Shown one piece after another: positions 15,118 through 27,142 of a DNA stretch of 64,000 nucleotides (positions are counted from its first letter, which is position 1; every line of letters starts with the position of its first letter). The notes beneath the pieces were generated by a model. It ran no database searches and was not told the DNA's origin. It saw only the letters and a list, made by a program, of their open reading frames with translations. Source of the stretch: Fimbriosthenelais zetlandica (lineage: Eukaryota). The position numbers and the translations under genes were made by a program. The DNA is taken from positions 15,872,001 to 15,936,000 of the forward strand of contig OZ365114.1 of NCBI GenBank assembly GCA_977030845.1, in the 5' to 3' direction.

Positions 15118-15600
15118 TGGGTGACCGGGTCATTAAAATAAATGAATGGCAAAACGGAGCCAATGTGGATCTAAGAGCTGGAAGTGGTGCCTTGAAGTAA
15201 CCCAAGGTAAACTGGGTGTACATATAAGCCTTCTAATTCCACTGCGAGCTGTCTCAGTGGAAAAGAGCCAAGGCAAAGATGGGCGGATTAGGTCCCTGTG
15301 ACTTGTATATATACATAACCCATACCCTGAGGTATGCCAATACACAGAGGCAGAATTGCATAAGTACACAAGAAATATATTCAAGATTAAAATGCATTGA
15401 ATAATGGATCTAGAAGCAAGCATACGTCATTCTATAATATCACACAAATCATGATATAGAGTTGGTGGGGGAGTGGTCCTGTCCTGTACAAATACAGCCA
15501 AGTTTTATTTGCTCTCCTGGAAGGAAATTGGAATTCCTGTCCTCGGTCTCTTCATGGCATGCATACAATGAATTGAAAAGGTATGTCATAAGAGTAGACT
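15118..15600 (+). mobile_element. Possible decayed tandem PC4-like (ssDNA-binding fold) gene fragment from a virus-like or transposable element
   Basis: Interrupted frames give VGDRVIKINEWQNGANVDLR, then YRVGGGVVLSC and SPGRKLEF...SWHAYNELK. These resemble PC4-fold motifs (V.V.EF.G...VDIR; PGRKGISL...W..LK). Stops and frameshifts are present. Pattern recognition only. Confidence 0.3.
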
Positions 15601-17172
15601 GCCAACTAAATTCGGGAAAAACTTTTAAAATGGCCTTAACTAAATTAAGTTTTGAAATGCCAATCGTATTGAGGAAATAAAATAGTGCCATATACATATT
15701 GATGTCCTCAAATTGTCAATGCCTGTGGTGATAATAAGGGGCATTTGTATGTTTATCATTCGCATACATTAGTAGACAAATATATTTATGATAAATTATC
15801 TTAATAAAAGTTTACATGACAGATTAAATTCATGTAGTGGATAACAATTAAGGCATACCTTTTAAACTCGAATGAAATTGTTATCTCTCAATGATAATTA
15901 GCTAACCAAATCTTCTTCTAAACCACCTGAAGAAGTCTCTTTTTATAAGAGTGTGGGACGTGTCACTACCTCTGTTTAATTGATCACCGCATGGGGAAAA
16001 CTTTTTGTTCAGTTTGTTTATGCAGCGTGCAAATGTTAGTAAGACTCATGGCTATATTGACATAGGCTAGAGGAAGAAACTGATTTTCTCCATCTACGGA
16101 TGTTATAAAACATAGGACCCTAGTGTTAGATAAAGGCATCTAGGTCCTTTCTTTCCCCTCTTCAAATGTTACTCAGACTCCAAAATAAGCATATTTTGTA
16201 TGTGTTCATTGAGCGTAGGACTGGAACATACATGTTAAAATGCTCTCCTGTCATTCCGAAATGTGAACATTTCTGTAGACTTTAAAGTGCAGCTAATTTA
16301 TTTTTGTCATGGCCAATGCAAAAACCATCAAGATGAAATTCAAATGATCCATTTGCATGTGACTTAGTGACATACCGGCACAAATTCTTTTTTAATTTCA
16401 CTTTTACTATAGAGTGTATATCTGATTTAGCAGCCTGGTTTCAATTTTCCAGTTTGGAATTTTAATCATGATGTAGTGTGCACCCAAGTATAATAAAAAT
16501 GCATGACTTTATATACAAGTAATGAAACATGCTACCTTTTAATGTTAGCCTTGTAATATAGCTTGGTAAGCAGTTATGTCAACATTTACCAATATATACC
16601 ATTGCATTATGCCATATACTCCCATGTCCCTTTCTTTCAGGTGAAATGCCTGATTCAATATTACGAGGAGATTATCCACAGCACAGGTAATGCCTTCCCC
16701 ATTACATTTAAAAAAAATATTTTTTCTTTGCTCTCACGTTTGCGAGGAATGCTTCCCCTCACTTTAAATTAAATGGAATAGCACATTTAATATGTCCACA
16801 GCCTGTGAACAATTTATGGCTGGGGAGGATATATGGTGAATGCTTTCAATTAGATTCTTGGCATTCTGGAGCGGGAATATTTCTCAGGTCCTCAAGCACT
16901 CATGTCGCCTAACTAGTGACTGGCATTGCCAATGAAAAAAAGATCAACGGCATGATCATGAATATGTATATAAGTTGTTAATTTAAATGTATTATTAAAT
17001 GAAATATTGCTCTATATTCATCTTTACAACTCAGAGAATTTTCATAAGGGTAGAGCAAGGCATCAGAGCCACCCAAAATATTTTCACAAATTCGAAATTT
17101 TAGACATCCTGGATCCTAACAATGAATAGTATTAATATTAAGAAATATATTTTTTATTCATTGCAGACCCAG

Positions 17173-17709
17173 ATGGCCTCCCTCTCTACCGCATCCTTTC
17201 TCAACACAACCGGTCTGCCAGGGACTACAACACCGGCCGGTAATTCCTTCCCGTTTAACACCACCTCGGTCGTTCCTGGTGGCACCACCACTCCACCTCC
17301 CAAGATCTCATTTATAGCTCTATTGACTATCATGCTCGTGGTTGGGGCCATGTTGGGGGTGACAATCACAGTAGTCATACTGGTCACTCTCTGGCCAAAG
17401 AAAAAGAAAAAACGCCCCACACAGGAGCTCATAGGCCTGGAAAATATGGGCACAGAGTATGCGGAATTGGACGATAAATCGGTGACCACTGAGATTACTC
17501 GAGTGACCGGGGATTATTCTGACTGTGAAGCTTCTAGTATTTCTTCAGTGCCTAATGGCGCTATAGGGGGTGTGGTGCAAACCACCGAGGACAGGAGGTC
17601 AAGTACGGCTAATAAAAAGGTGCGCTTCAGTGACCATCAGGTGGAAATATCAGGCTTTGATGAACCGAGTGGGAGACAGAGATCTAAACTCTATATTGAT
17701 GTCTCCTAG
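17173..17709 (+). CDS. Orphan single-pass membrane protein (178 aa): S/T/P-rich N-terminus, one TM helix, cytosolic tail
   Basis: Acceptor (ttgcag, 17161-17166) lies 6 nt before the ATG at 17173 and the ORF is open to TAG 17707-17709. It has two N-T-T sequons, a hydrophobic run ISFIALLTIMLVVGAMLGVTITVVILVTLW and a stop-transfer PKKKKKR. No family recognised. Confidence 0.65.
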   Translation: MASLSTASFLNTTGLPGTTTPAGNSFPFNTTSVVPGGTTTPPPKISFIALLTIMLVVGAMLGVTITVVILVTLWPKKKKKRPTQELIGLENMGTEYAELDDKSVTTEITRVTGDYSDCEASSISSVPNGAIGGVVQTTEDRRSSTANKKVRFSDHQVEISGFDEPSGRQRSKLYIDVS

Positions 17710-20207
17710 GGGGGGAGGGGGCACTGTGTGAAAAGGATTGTACGCGATGTGATAGCACTGGGATGAGTATCTGTAAATGGTATATTATATATTCAAGAAT
17801 GCATTGCTAAGGATTAGTGCACTGGTTTAATCTGTATTGGTGATTAATGTCATCAAACACTTGGTGTTTTCCCATCATTAGAGCTCATAAAGTTGATGAG
17901 ATCCATGGAGTTCACGGTTATTTCATTTAGCATCATTAAGTCAGTATCAATTATCCTTCCAAGAGAAAAAAAGAAGTCATGTCTTCCAAAAAGTATGGTT
18001 GGTTCTAGGAGAGAATTAAGGCAACTGGTAGTCATGCTTTACCACTCAAGCGATTTAATCTAGGCCCGGAAAAAAGGACTGGAAATTAGGATAAACTGCA
18101 TTTTTTCCCCTGCAGAAAGGTGCTCTATGTGAATATGTTCAAGATTGACAACAGTGTGAATATAATATATAAAATAGTTGCCTCAGTGGGCAAATGCATA
18201 TCGGAGGTACGAATGACCTGATGTATAAAGGGGGTCATTTCCAGGGTAAAACATACATCTTTCTCACACCCTTCAAGTCTAAATCCCTACAGACTTGAGA
18301 GCTAGTGCAGCATTTTGAAGGCGCTTATTGAAAATGGCACAATGTGACAATCTGAATGAATTAGAGACTAACAATTGATGTTGCTGCACCATTGAAACCG
18401 TACTGTTGGATTCTTACGAACCAACTTTAGCAATAACAGTAGGTATTAACAAAGTTGGTGTTTTTATCAACCATCAACGTGGCTAGAGATTTTAGAGTTT
18501 GAAATTTCAGAGGGCTTTATTGGAAGACCTAGTCTCCTTAGGAATAAACCTTAAACGCCAGTCTATCATCAACAATACTGTGAGAAGTTCAATTTGAAAT
18601 AAAATAGGCATTTCAATGGAATTTCGACTGGGACAGCAGGTCTGTCCATTACCTAAGAAAGCCTTCTATACTTGCAATGCAACTTAATGATTTGATAGCA
18701 CTTGTAAACACTCACTAGAGCTGAATTTATTTCCATTTATTTCCTAAGACACTAGAAGGTTTGTTCTAAGTTAGAAATCCACGTTAACTTGTGCGACTTT
18801 GGGTTTAGACACTTATATGTAGAAAGGCGTGCGACACACCTTTCTAGATCTCTGCCACATTTTAAAAGTTTCCAAGTGAGTGCAAAGATAGGATCTAAAT
18901 AGTGTATCTGATCCTTAGCACGTTCTATTTCTCCTTGAGTTCACAAATGACCAGTTAGGGGGCAGTTTTTATGGGCAAACACTGTTTTAAAACCTCGCTC
19001 CCTCGCACTTCTTATGCTGGAGCTCCCAATTCCAATTAGAATATCATCTTAAAATTAATATGCACATGAGCTCGAGAAGAAAGTTCATGTGAAAATCTGG
19101 AGTTCAAATCATATAAAGATTCAAGAGGGAAATCAAATGCAGACAAGAGAAGGGTCAAAAGGACCTATAACTTTGGGAGTTTCAAATAAGTTAAAACTTC
19201 TTTGTATGTAGGGTTATTTTTCTCGAGTTTTCTCAAGCGCTTCAAATGTGTTTGTGTCACTCTTGTATAAAACCAAATGAAATGGGGCCTAAAAATATCA
19301 ACCAAGGCAGGAGAGACTCCATAAGATAAATTTCACTAGTAACTAAATTAATCATTTTAATTAGGAAGGTAATTATGTAGAATCTGTAAATAACTTTTCT
19401 AGAAGGAAGTGTAATAAATTTATTGTATCATTTATGTACTGCCACATATAGGGATGATACACTTCAGAAGATGTATTATGAGAGAAGAACGGCGGTGCAT
19501 GTTGGATGGCAGTGCCATCGTATTCTATTTTGATAATAAATTAATTAATAAAAAGACATCCAAAGTTCCTTCTTCGGATATATGATATATGTATTTCAAT
19601 GCAATGAACTGAATGTAATGTGTACAATGTTAAAGCCCTGTTTCTGGAAATGTTTCTAGTCTAGGAAGGCTACAGATTGACAAAAAAAAATGTACATTTT
19701 ACAATTCTAACTGTACAAAAATAGAAAATATTTTGGGCTAAAAATCACAGATGTTGGTAGATGCCTTTCTCCCTGGCAGGAAAAGCCATAAAAGCTAAAT
19801 GACATTCTAAATAGCCAAATTATAACCAAGTTTTGATCATCGGCTTGAACACTGATCCAGATGTGGATATACCTAACCTAGTCACTCAGTATAAATCGTC
19901 TGTAGGCCTAGTTAAAGGCTAGACTTTTTCACCGGGTTCGCACAACCTTTTGTTAAAAAAAAAAGTTTCATGACTTGTCCATGTCCAATTTAGTATTTTC
20001 CCAGTCCGGGTGCAGATCCTGATTCTGTTTTACTTTTGCATTTTCAGTCTTAACAACTAAAATGTAACTTGAAAATTGTAACTTGTAACTTGAAAACTTA
20101 ACTTGAACAAACGAGTTTAGAAAGAAATTTTCATTCTATACTTTTCTTTCTATACTCGTTGCATGAACTAAACACATACTGTAGGTCTAAAATGTCAGAA
20201 GGAAGAG

Positions 20208-23200
20208 TCAGAAGTCTGCTTCATTCTCTTCCTCTTCGTCTTCGTCCTCTGGGTGTTCCTCGTTTTCTCCACCCTGTGTAGCCTCACTTTTATCATTGGC
20301 TGATTTGAAGAGCTGGTTGTAGCGTCGTCTCCTCCTGAACTTGGATGGTTTGTGTTGAGTCTTTTGGAAATAACCTAATAATAGGCAGGAAAAGGTTTAA
20401 TTTTCAATTAATTGTTATTCAAATAAATTCAAAATTACTATGCTACTATGCTTTTCGTCCCCCATGGTGGTGGGTTGTGGAGGGACTCATAATATTGTAT
20501 TTATAAAAAAAAAAATTCATGGGATTTAAAACTCACCTCTTTCCTCGCACTCTGGAGTGTCGGGTATACCGATGGACCAGAAATGTTCAGGGGTACTGGG
20601 AGGCGCGTAGCGGGCCTTATGTCGACAACTCTTCATTTTCTCCTCCCTCTCTTTGTCCGTCAAATTCTCACCAGCATAATACTAGACAAAAAGAAAAAAA
20701 TGTTTAAACCCCATTCTAAAAGTCAGTGAGTTCACACGCTTTTTAGAATACAAAAATTATTTCCATATCTATGAAGCAAAATTAAAAATTCATTTTTGCA
20801 CCATTGAAATCGATGACATCTTCTTTACATTTTATTTTGTAAATTGAGATGGAAATTACTTTTCAAATGGATTAAAATTTGCCCACTATAAAGTTGTTCT
20901 AGATTTCCATTTGTATCTTAAATTTTACATCCAGTAGGATATGTACATAGAATCACGGTATAGGAAAGAGTATTGGCAAAAGATTGTTGTTTATGATTAT
21001 GGGTATAGGAAGTTCGTCGTGTAGTATACTACAGGATTGTGGACAATGGGAAATCTCTAAACTACTAGTTTTTACATAGGTTTCCGACAGCGAAGGGCAA
21101 AAGAACAAAGTCTGTACACATAGTAAACAACATTCAAGTCACGTTCAGGGGACATGGATTCTGGTGCATGCATTTATATGTACTTTTTATGAATGTAAAA
21201 CATGATGATAAATATGAAAAGTAATCCATGCATTTTTGTCGACCAAACAATAAGAGAGAGGGGCAGAAAGGTGAAGGCAAAGCTAACCCAGTTACATGTC
21301 TCAACACGGGTCAACTTCAAAAAATGAAAAAGAAATAAAATGTTCTCAAATTTGTGAGAAAATGAGAAAGTCAAGAACATTGTAGAACATAGATCGAGGG
21401 AAATCCCTGTCGACTGCGCCCAAAGGACATGTTTCAATAACCTCAAATTTCATGATCAGACATCCATTTTTAGACCCACTACAGACTGTCTGGGTTCATT
21501 TAAACTCTTTTTTTCAATTCTTCAATTGGACGAGTGTCCATTTCGACCCCTGCTTTAAAAGAATTAATCATTGTTCAATTTCTCTAATATAGACTTCCCT
21601 ATTTATAAATATTTTATGCTATTTTTAAAGCCAAACTTCGGATAAAATACTGAGCTCAACTCACTTCTTCACAAGCTGCACAGACGTAGGCTTTGAGTTG
21701 TGCTCGTTCAGCCTTTTTACGGACAACCTCGACGTGAGCATACTTTGGTCTCTCCTTCTGTGGTAGCCTTAAATAAGACATCATTGGTTAAAATGACAGG
21801 AAATGGATATTGGATGATAGGGGCTAAGAGTTGGCAAATACCTTCATTTCCCAATGGAAAAATTTGAAACATTAAAAGCAATCTTTAAATAAATTGCATA
21901 CACTTACCGATCAAAGCTGCTGTCGTCACATAAATCTACGTTACTTTTGTCTACAAATAAATGACCAGTGAATATTATAGACCAGCATAACTGAATATCA
22001 ACATAAATAATAAATATTATAAAAAATTGATTTTGATAACTTGATATGACTACAAATACTTCAAATATAACTTCATGAACGTCGACTTACTGTCTAGATG
22101 AGATGGTCCATCTTCTGAGACCATGGAAATAGCTTCCTCCTCCTCCTCCTCCTCCTTGCCTTCTACCATCTCTTCCTCCTCTGCTCTTCCGTCAGAAGGT
22201 CCACTCACATCTCCTTCTAGTTCAGACAGTATGACACCAGGTCCTAGGCTACCATTCCCACCAGGTCCCATCTCTGTATCTAAATGTAAACTCTCACTCC
22301 AAGGCACCAGGGTGGAGCTACTCAAATCTACCCTCTGTTTTTCACTTAACTTTCTCCTTCCCTCAGAAAAATTCAATTCACCATCCATGGTTTTGTCCTT
22401 TTTACCCTTGTCATTCTTGGAATGTCTTGAAGTTTCATGAGAATGATTTTCGGGGTTTTTAACTTTGTGGCTGGTGCCGGGGGTGTGAACTGCACCAGGG
22501 GCTTTGGGAATTTTAAAAACAGAGTATTTGGAAGAATCCTTAGTGTGTGTTTCCCCACATTCAGTTATGTCACCGTCCCCATCTAGGGCGAATAAGTCCT
22601 GGTTTGGGGGACCACCGATATCTTTGAGCGATCTCTGAATAGCTTCTTCTATGTCCTCGTCCTCATTTTGGGCTTGTGATTTGGATGATTTTCCTCCCAG
22701 TCTTCCACCGTTGAAAGATTCCCTTCCAGGGAGGTGTGTGGTTTTAGGTACAAACACTTGTGATAGTGTTATCTGTTTTAATGATTTATTACCCTTCAGG
22801 TTCTTTTCCAAAACCAAAGGACTGTTCCTACTCTGCGTCACTTTTCTCTTCTGTGAACGAGCCCCTCCCGTACTCCGCAGGGAATCATCCTCCCCCTCCA
22901 AGTCAAAATAATTGCATTTTAATCTTTCAGACCCGCCCTGTTCTCCTTTGGATCTTTTTAATGATTTGTCATCCGATTTCGGACCCACTCTGGAGGATAA
23001 AAATCCTTCATTTTCAAGTGATTGCGAAGGAGGTTTTTTCGATGAATTCCCATCTAAAACAGAAGGTGACATGGAGCAGTTGGAGGTGTCATTATTGTCA
23101 TTTTCATTAGTTGTGGGTACTTTTCTGTCTGTAGCTTTACTGCCATTAGCTGTGGGAGGTGGATTGTTAAACACTGGTGACTCAGGATCATCAAAGAGAG

Positions 23201-25202
23201 AAGGCGACCTTGTCCCTTCATCTGGGATTATTCTCCTAAATCCTGTCGTTTTCTTGAAAATGGGAGAGGCAGGATGATCACAGTCAGGGGAGCTATTAGA
23301 AATGTCAATTTTGTCTTTATTTTGATTTCTGGCAGGGAATTTGAGTGACAATTGAATGCTATCATTGCTATCATCACTTTCTGTTTCAAGCAGTGAATTT
23401 CCAACCAAAGCTTTTGGTAGGTTATTCTTCTGGTCTCTATTGAGACATAGCGGGGTACTGGCATTAGCAGGTGGGCTGAGAATCATATCTCGTACTGTCA
23501 TGGGTTCAGTGAAAATCTGTGATTGACTCTCTTCATCTGATTTCCACTCGTCTTGTTCATCATTCCCTTCACGATTATTTTCTTGCTCATTTTCCTTGTC
23601 ATTCACCGGTACTACTTCCTTTAAATGATCATTAATTTCCATTATCTCTTCATCCTCGGATTCCTTATCATTCATTTCATTTGAATGGTCATTCATTTCC
23701 ACTATATCGTCGTCGTCTGATTCTTTGTCATTGACGGGCAGAGTTAAGTCGACCACCTCGTCTGAGCTGCTGGTTGTATGTGTTTTCTTGGCGGCTTCTA
23801 AGGCAGCTCTGACTGGGTGATCCTGGCTGTCCATGGTGAGATCGCAGGTTTCAGGGGCGAGCACGGGTCGAGTACATTCCTTCACGGGTTGGGTTTCTGA
23901 ATCTGTGAAGAGCGCGACAGTTCTAGGTATCCGCAGGCGATGATTGGGTCCAAGTTGATTCTCGTCGGTATTGTGTGGGGCGAGCTTGGGCTTTTTCCTC
24001 GTTGGCGCCTCCTGATAAGTCAAACAAAAGGATCGATTTAAGAAAAATAATACTTAAGAATGGAAAGATACCTTTGGAGAAGAATATCTAAGATTATATT
24101 TGCCGCAGCATTTATCAGTTGTTTTTTAACATTTGTCTTATTTATAGCTGGCATAGCATGAAACCACTATTCACTCATTCCACAGCATTTATTTGTAATG
24201 ATTATATAATACCATAATGGACAAAACAATACAAATGTGTACAAAAAAATCCGTCATTTAGATGTCTTTAAATAATTTAATTCATTTTACTCACCTCAGA
24301 GAAACGGGAACGTTTGTTGGCCACAGGCCTGATCCTCAGGGACCTAGGACTAATTTTCCTTCTAATACTAATTTCCTTCTGAGAGGTGCCTGGTATCTCT
24401 TCACTTGTTTTCAAATCAGAACGACTGGAGGCACCTGAGGCACTGTTCTGGTTGTGGACAACAGGTGCTTTGCCATTCGCTTCTTTTCTAGGTTTTCTAT
24501 CATTGTCGCCAGGACTGCTGAAAAATTAGACGCAATAGTCAGCTTACGTATAGGCGTATTTTTATAGGTTCAAGATGTTAACAGTGAAATTTACAAAAAA
24601 AAATAAATTACAACTAAGTTTGTTGGTTCTGATTCATTGTTAATTAATCATGGTAGGCCTACGTTACTCACCTTGACTTTAATTCTTTCAGTGAACGAAG
24701 CTCCTCCTTTAACTTCTCGATTTGATTCTTCAATTCTAAATAAGGTCATAAAAAGACATTTAAAATATTAAAGTAAACAATAGGCCTACGATTCTGGAAA
24801 ATGAAAGACAACCTTCATCATTCATTCATTTTCTGCAATTTGGCATAAATAGTCTACCAAGCAAGCTATACTATTACAAAGGCCTATATTTTTATGGCTT
24901 TATGCTAGCCCTATATTGTGTACCGGTAGCCCCTCTCTTAAGTTATCCGCTAGGCCTAAGGATTTGGTACCTCCTAACCAATAATAGACTTCAATGACTA
25001 CTGCCTTGTTACTGTTAGGCCAAGGAAAAAACAATTGTTTAGCATCCCCGCCGGACCCAAAAAATTAAAAACATGATGAGATCAAACCAGAGAACTAGAA
25101 CTAACCTGTGATTTCTTGGTTGTGCACGGCATAAACTTGGTTGAGCAGATTACCCAGTGGGGAGCCGTCAGGGAAGGCGGGCTTCATATTTAAGCCGTCC
25201 AT
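20208..25202 (-). CDS. RBBP8: CtIP / RBBP8 DNA end-resection factor (about 920 aa); coding exons 25202-25106, 24735-24672, 24517-24295, 24011-22091, 21950-21908, 21767-21665, 20681-20537, 20374-20208
   Basis: Eight phase-consistent GT-AG exons. The C-terminal Sae2/CtIP domain reads EVVRKKAERAQLKAYVCAACEEYY...SCRHKARYAPPSTPEHFWSIGIP...RRRYNQLF (CxxC, RHR-like, TP-x-x-FW). The N-terminus NLLNQVYAVHNQEITELKNQIEKLKEE resembles the CtIP N-terminal helix. The middle is long and low-complexity. Confidence 0.92.
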
Positions 25203-25356
25203 GTTGATTATAATGTCAGGACCCTCTTACGGAGTCTGCGGACCTGGAAGTAACATGATGGGACATTTAGAGTCAGACTCTCAACGACAATACACATAGG
25301 CCTAATGATGAATTATATTAACCCTGCCTTGGAGAGACCTTTCGCACCCGGAATTG

Positions 25357-26212
25357 GCATGCATCTGGAGTTCAACATGCATCTGGAGTTGACCCCAGAA
25401 TGCATCTGGAGTTCGTATGTAGGTCAAAGTATGGTGGCCCAAAAGTATATAAAGCCCAGCATCAACTCCAGTTGCATGCTGCCGAACTCCAGTTGTATGT
25501 TCAGATGGGAATAAAGTCAGCATACATCTGGAGTTCTGCCCAGCTGTGCAGGGACTCCAGTTGCATGCTGCTGATCTGGATATATAGGAATAAAGTCAGC
25601 ATACGTCTGGAGTTGTTCCTATTTGTAAATGGGAATTAAAGTCAACTCCAGTTGCATGCTGCTGAACTCCATGTGTATGTTTGGATGGGAATAAAGTCAG
25701 CATGCATCTGGAGTTCTGACCAGTTCTGCATGAACTCCAGTTGCATGCTGATGCTGCTGAACTCCAGTTGTATGTGTGGATGAGCTTCCATGGCCTATAG
25801 GAAGAAAGTCAGCATGCATCTGGAGTTCTGCATGACCTCCAGTTGCATGCTGCTGAACTGGACATATATAGGCCTATAAGTCAGCATGCATCTGGAGTTC
25901 TGCCCAGTTCTGCATGGACTCCAGTTGCATGCTGCTGAAGTGTTATGACATTTACATAGGAAAACCGTTTCATGGTGAACTCCAGTTGCATGCTGCAGCA
26001 GCATGCAACTGGAGTTCACCATGAAAGAGCATGTTGAACTCCAGATGCATGTTGAACTCCAGTTGCATGCTGCTGCAGCATGCAACTGGAGTTCAACATG
26101 CATCTGGAGTTGACCCCAGAATGCTGCAGCATGCAACTGGAGTTCAACATGCATCTGGAGTTGACCCCAGAATGCATCTGGAGTTGGGCCATCAACTCCA
26201 GATGTATGCTGA
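25357..26212. repeat. Palindromic/foldback minisatellite with core AACTCCAG(T/A)TGCATG in both orientations, inside the predicted RBBP8 5' intron
   Basis: About 25 copies of CTGGAGTT/AACTCCAG. Perfect inverted arms of 29 bp (25968-26026) and 37 bp (26037-26111), each with a 1-nt loop. Higher-order units of about 70-90 bp begin GGAATAAAGTCAGCAT. Confidence 0.95.
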
Positions 26213-26480
26213 GTTTTTATGAATTAAATGTTTGCTTTTCTTTTGGGCCACCGTACTTCGTCGAATCTGGGTCAACTCCCATCGCATGCAGGGATAATGC
26301 GCGAAGGGACTCTGCTGCCTTGGGCTCGGCCAAAGTCCATTTAAACAAACCCCAATTATCGCCCAAGGAAAAACAGCAGAAGAAATTGTCGATTATTATT
26401 TTTGTGGCAACAACATTGTGTTAATAACACCATTATGAGAGAACAACACTTAGATACGTTATTTTCGACATATATCTTAC

Positions 26481-26831
26481 CTTTTCCATTGATATATTTG
26501 TCAGTGGGCCATGATTTTACCAGTGACATGCAGACCCATCGCCTGAAAGATCGCGCCATCCCGCCATCGTGTAGCCCCGCAGTGACGGAAGTCGTTCCTG
26601 ATTGGCTGAAATTCACAGGCAAAATACAAATGCTAACAGATAAGACATCTTGTACGGATTATTCAATAGTAGCAAATGTTTCAAATTATTTGAACCATTT
26701 AAATATAATTTTTATGGAGTTTAAAGTGTCAGTGAAAACAGATGACATGTGTCTGCTCATGGTGCCTTGAGGGCACCAACCGGAAGTGTGAGCACAAACA
26801 ACAACAAAGTTCACCACGCGTGGATTTCCAG
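26481..26831. promoter_or_regulatory. Candidate bidirectional promoter for RBBP8 (-) and the pinocchio-like gene (+), with non-coding first exons
   Basis: Minus-strand donor AG|GTAAGA at 26480 and plus-strand donor CAG|GTAAGA at 26832. ETS motifs CGGAAGT lie near 26586 and 26781, with a reverse CCAAT near 26600. The segment is CpG-rich compared with its flanks. TSSs are inferred, not seen. Confidence 0.55.
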
Positions 26832-27142
26832 GTAAGATTGTGAGGATATTTTTCCTGTTGTGGTGCCTCCCATGGTACTTGTAGGTATTTCTATGATGGC
26901 TTTAGATGGGTAAAAATCTCGTGAACAAGAATATCCCAAAAATTGCAACTAAATCGGTTTATATAACGACGCAGAAGCGACAGATTTTCAGGAACGGGAA
27001 AGTGGGCGGGGTCCCATCGGCATCGCCAGCCATTAAATCCTGGCCATTTTGACTCACATTATTTCATGATTTCCAACTTTTTGGGGCTTCAGGGTTTCAT
27101 TTATTTTTACAGCCCTTCTAGTACATATCATAGTATTGCACT

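Noticed and set aside
16641-16686. 46-nt candidate exon (ttcag...CAG|gtaatg) upstream of the membrane-protein gene
   Set aside because: The frame that would join the main ORF begins with a stop, so it is at best 5'UTR. There is no other support.
17154-17489. 111-aa minus-strand ORF
   Set aside because: Antisense to the membrane-protein ORF, which has the coherent topology and a splice acceptor.
22123-23464. Several overlapping ORFs of 60-121 aa within the large RBBP8 exon
   Set aside because: These are antisense or off-frame shadows of a low-complexity coding exon with no independent domain signal.
25357-26212. Repeat array as a CRISPR locus; ORFs 25795-26154 (-), 26080-26424 (+) and neighbours
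   Set aside because: The context is a spliced eukaryotic genome, there are no unique spacers and no cas genes, and the repeats occur in both orientations. The ORFs are translations of the repeat.
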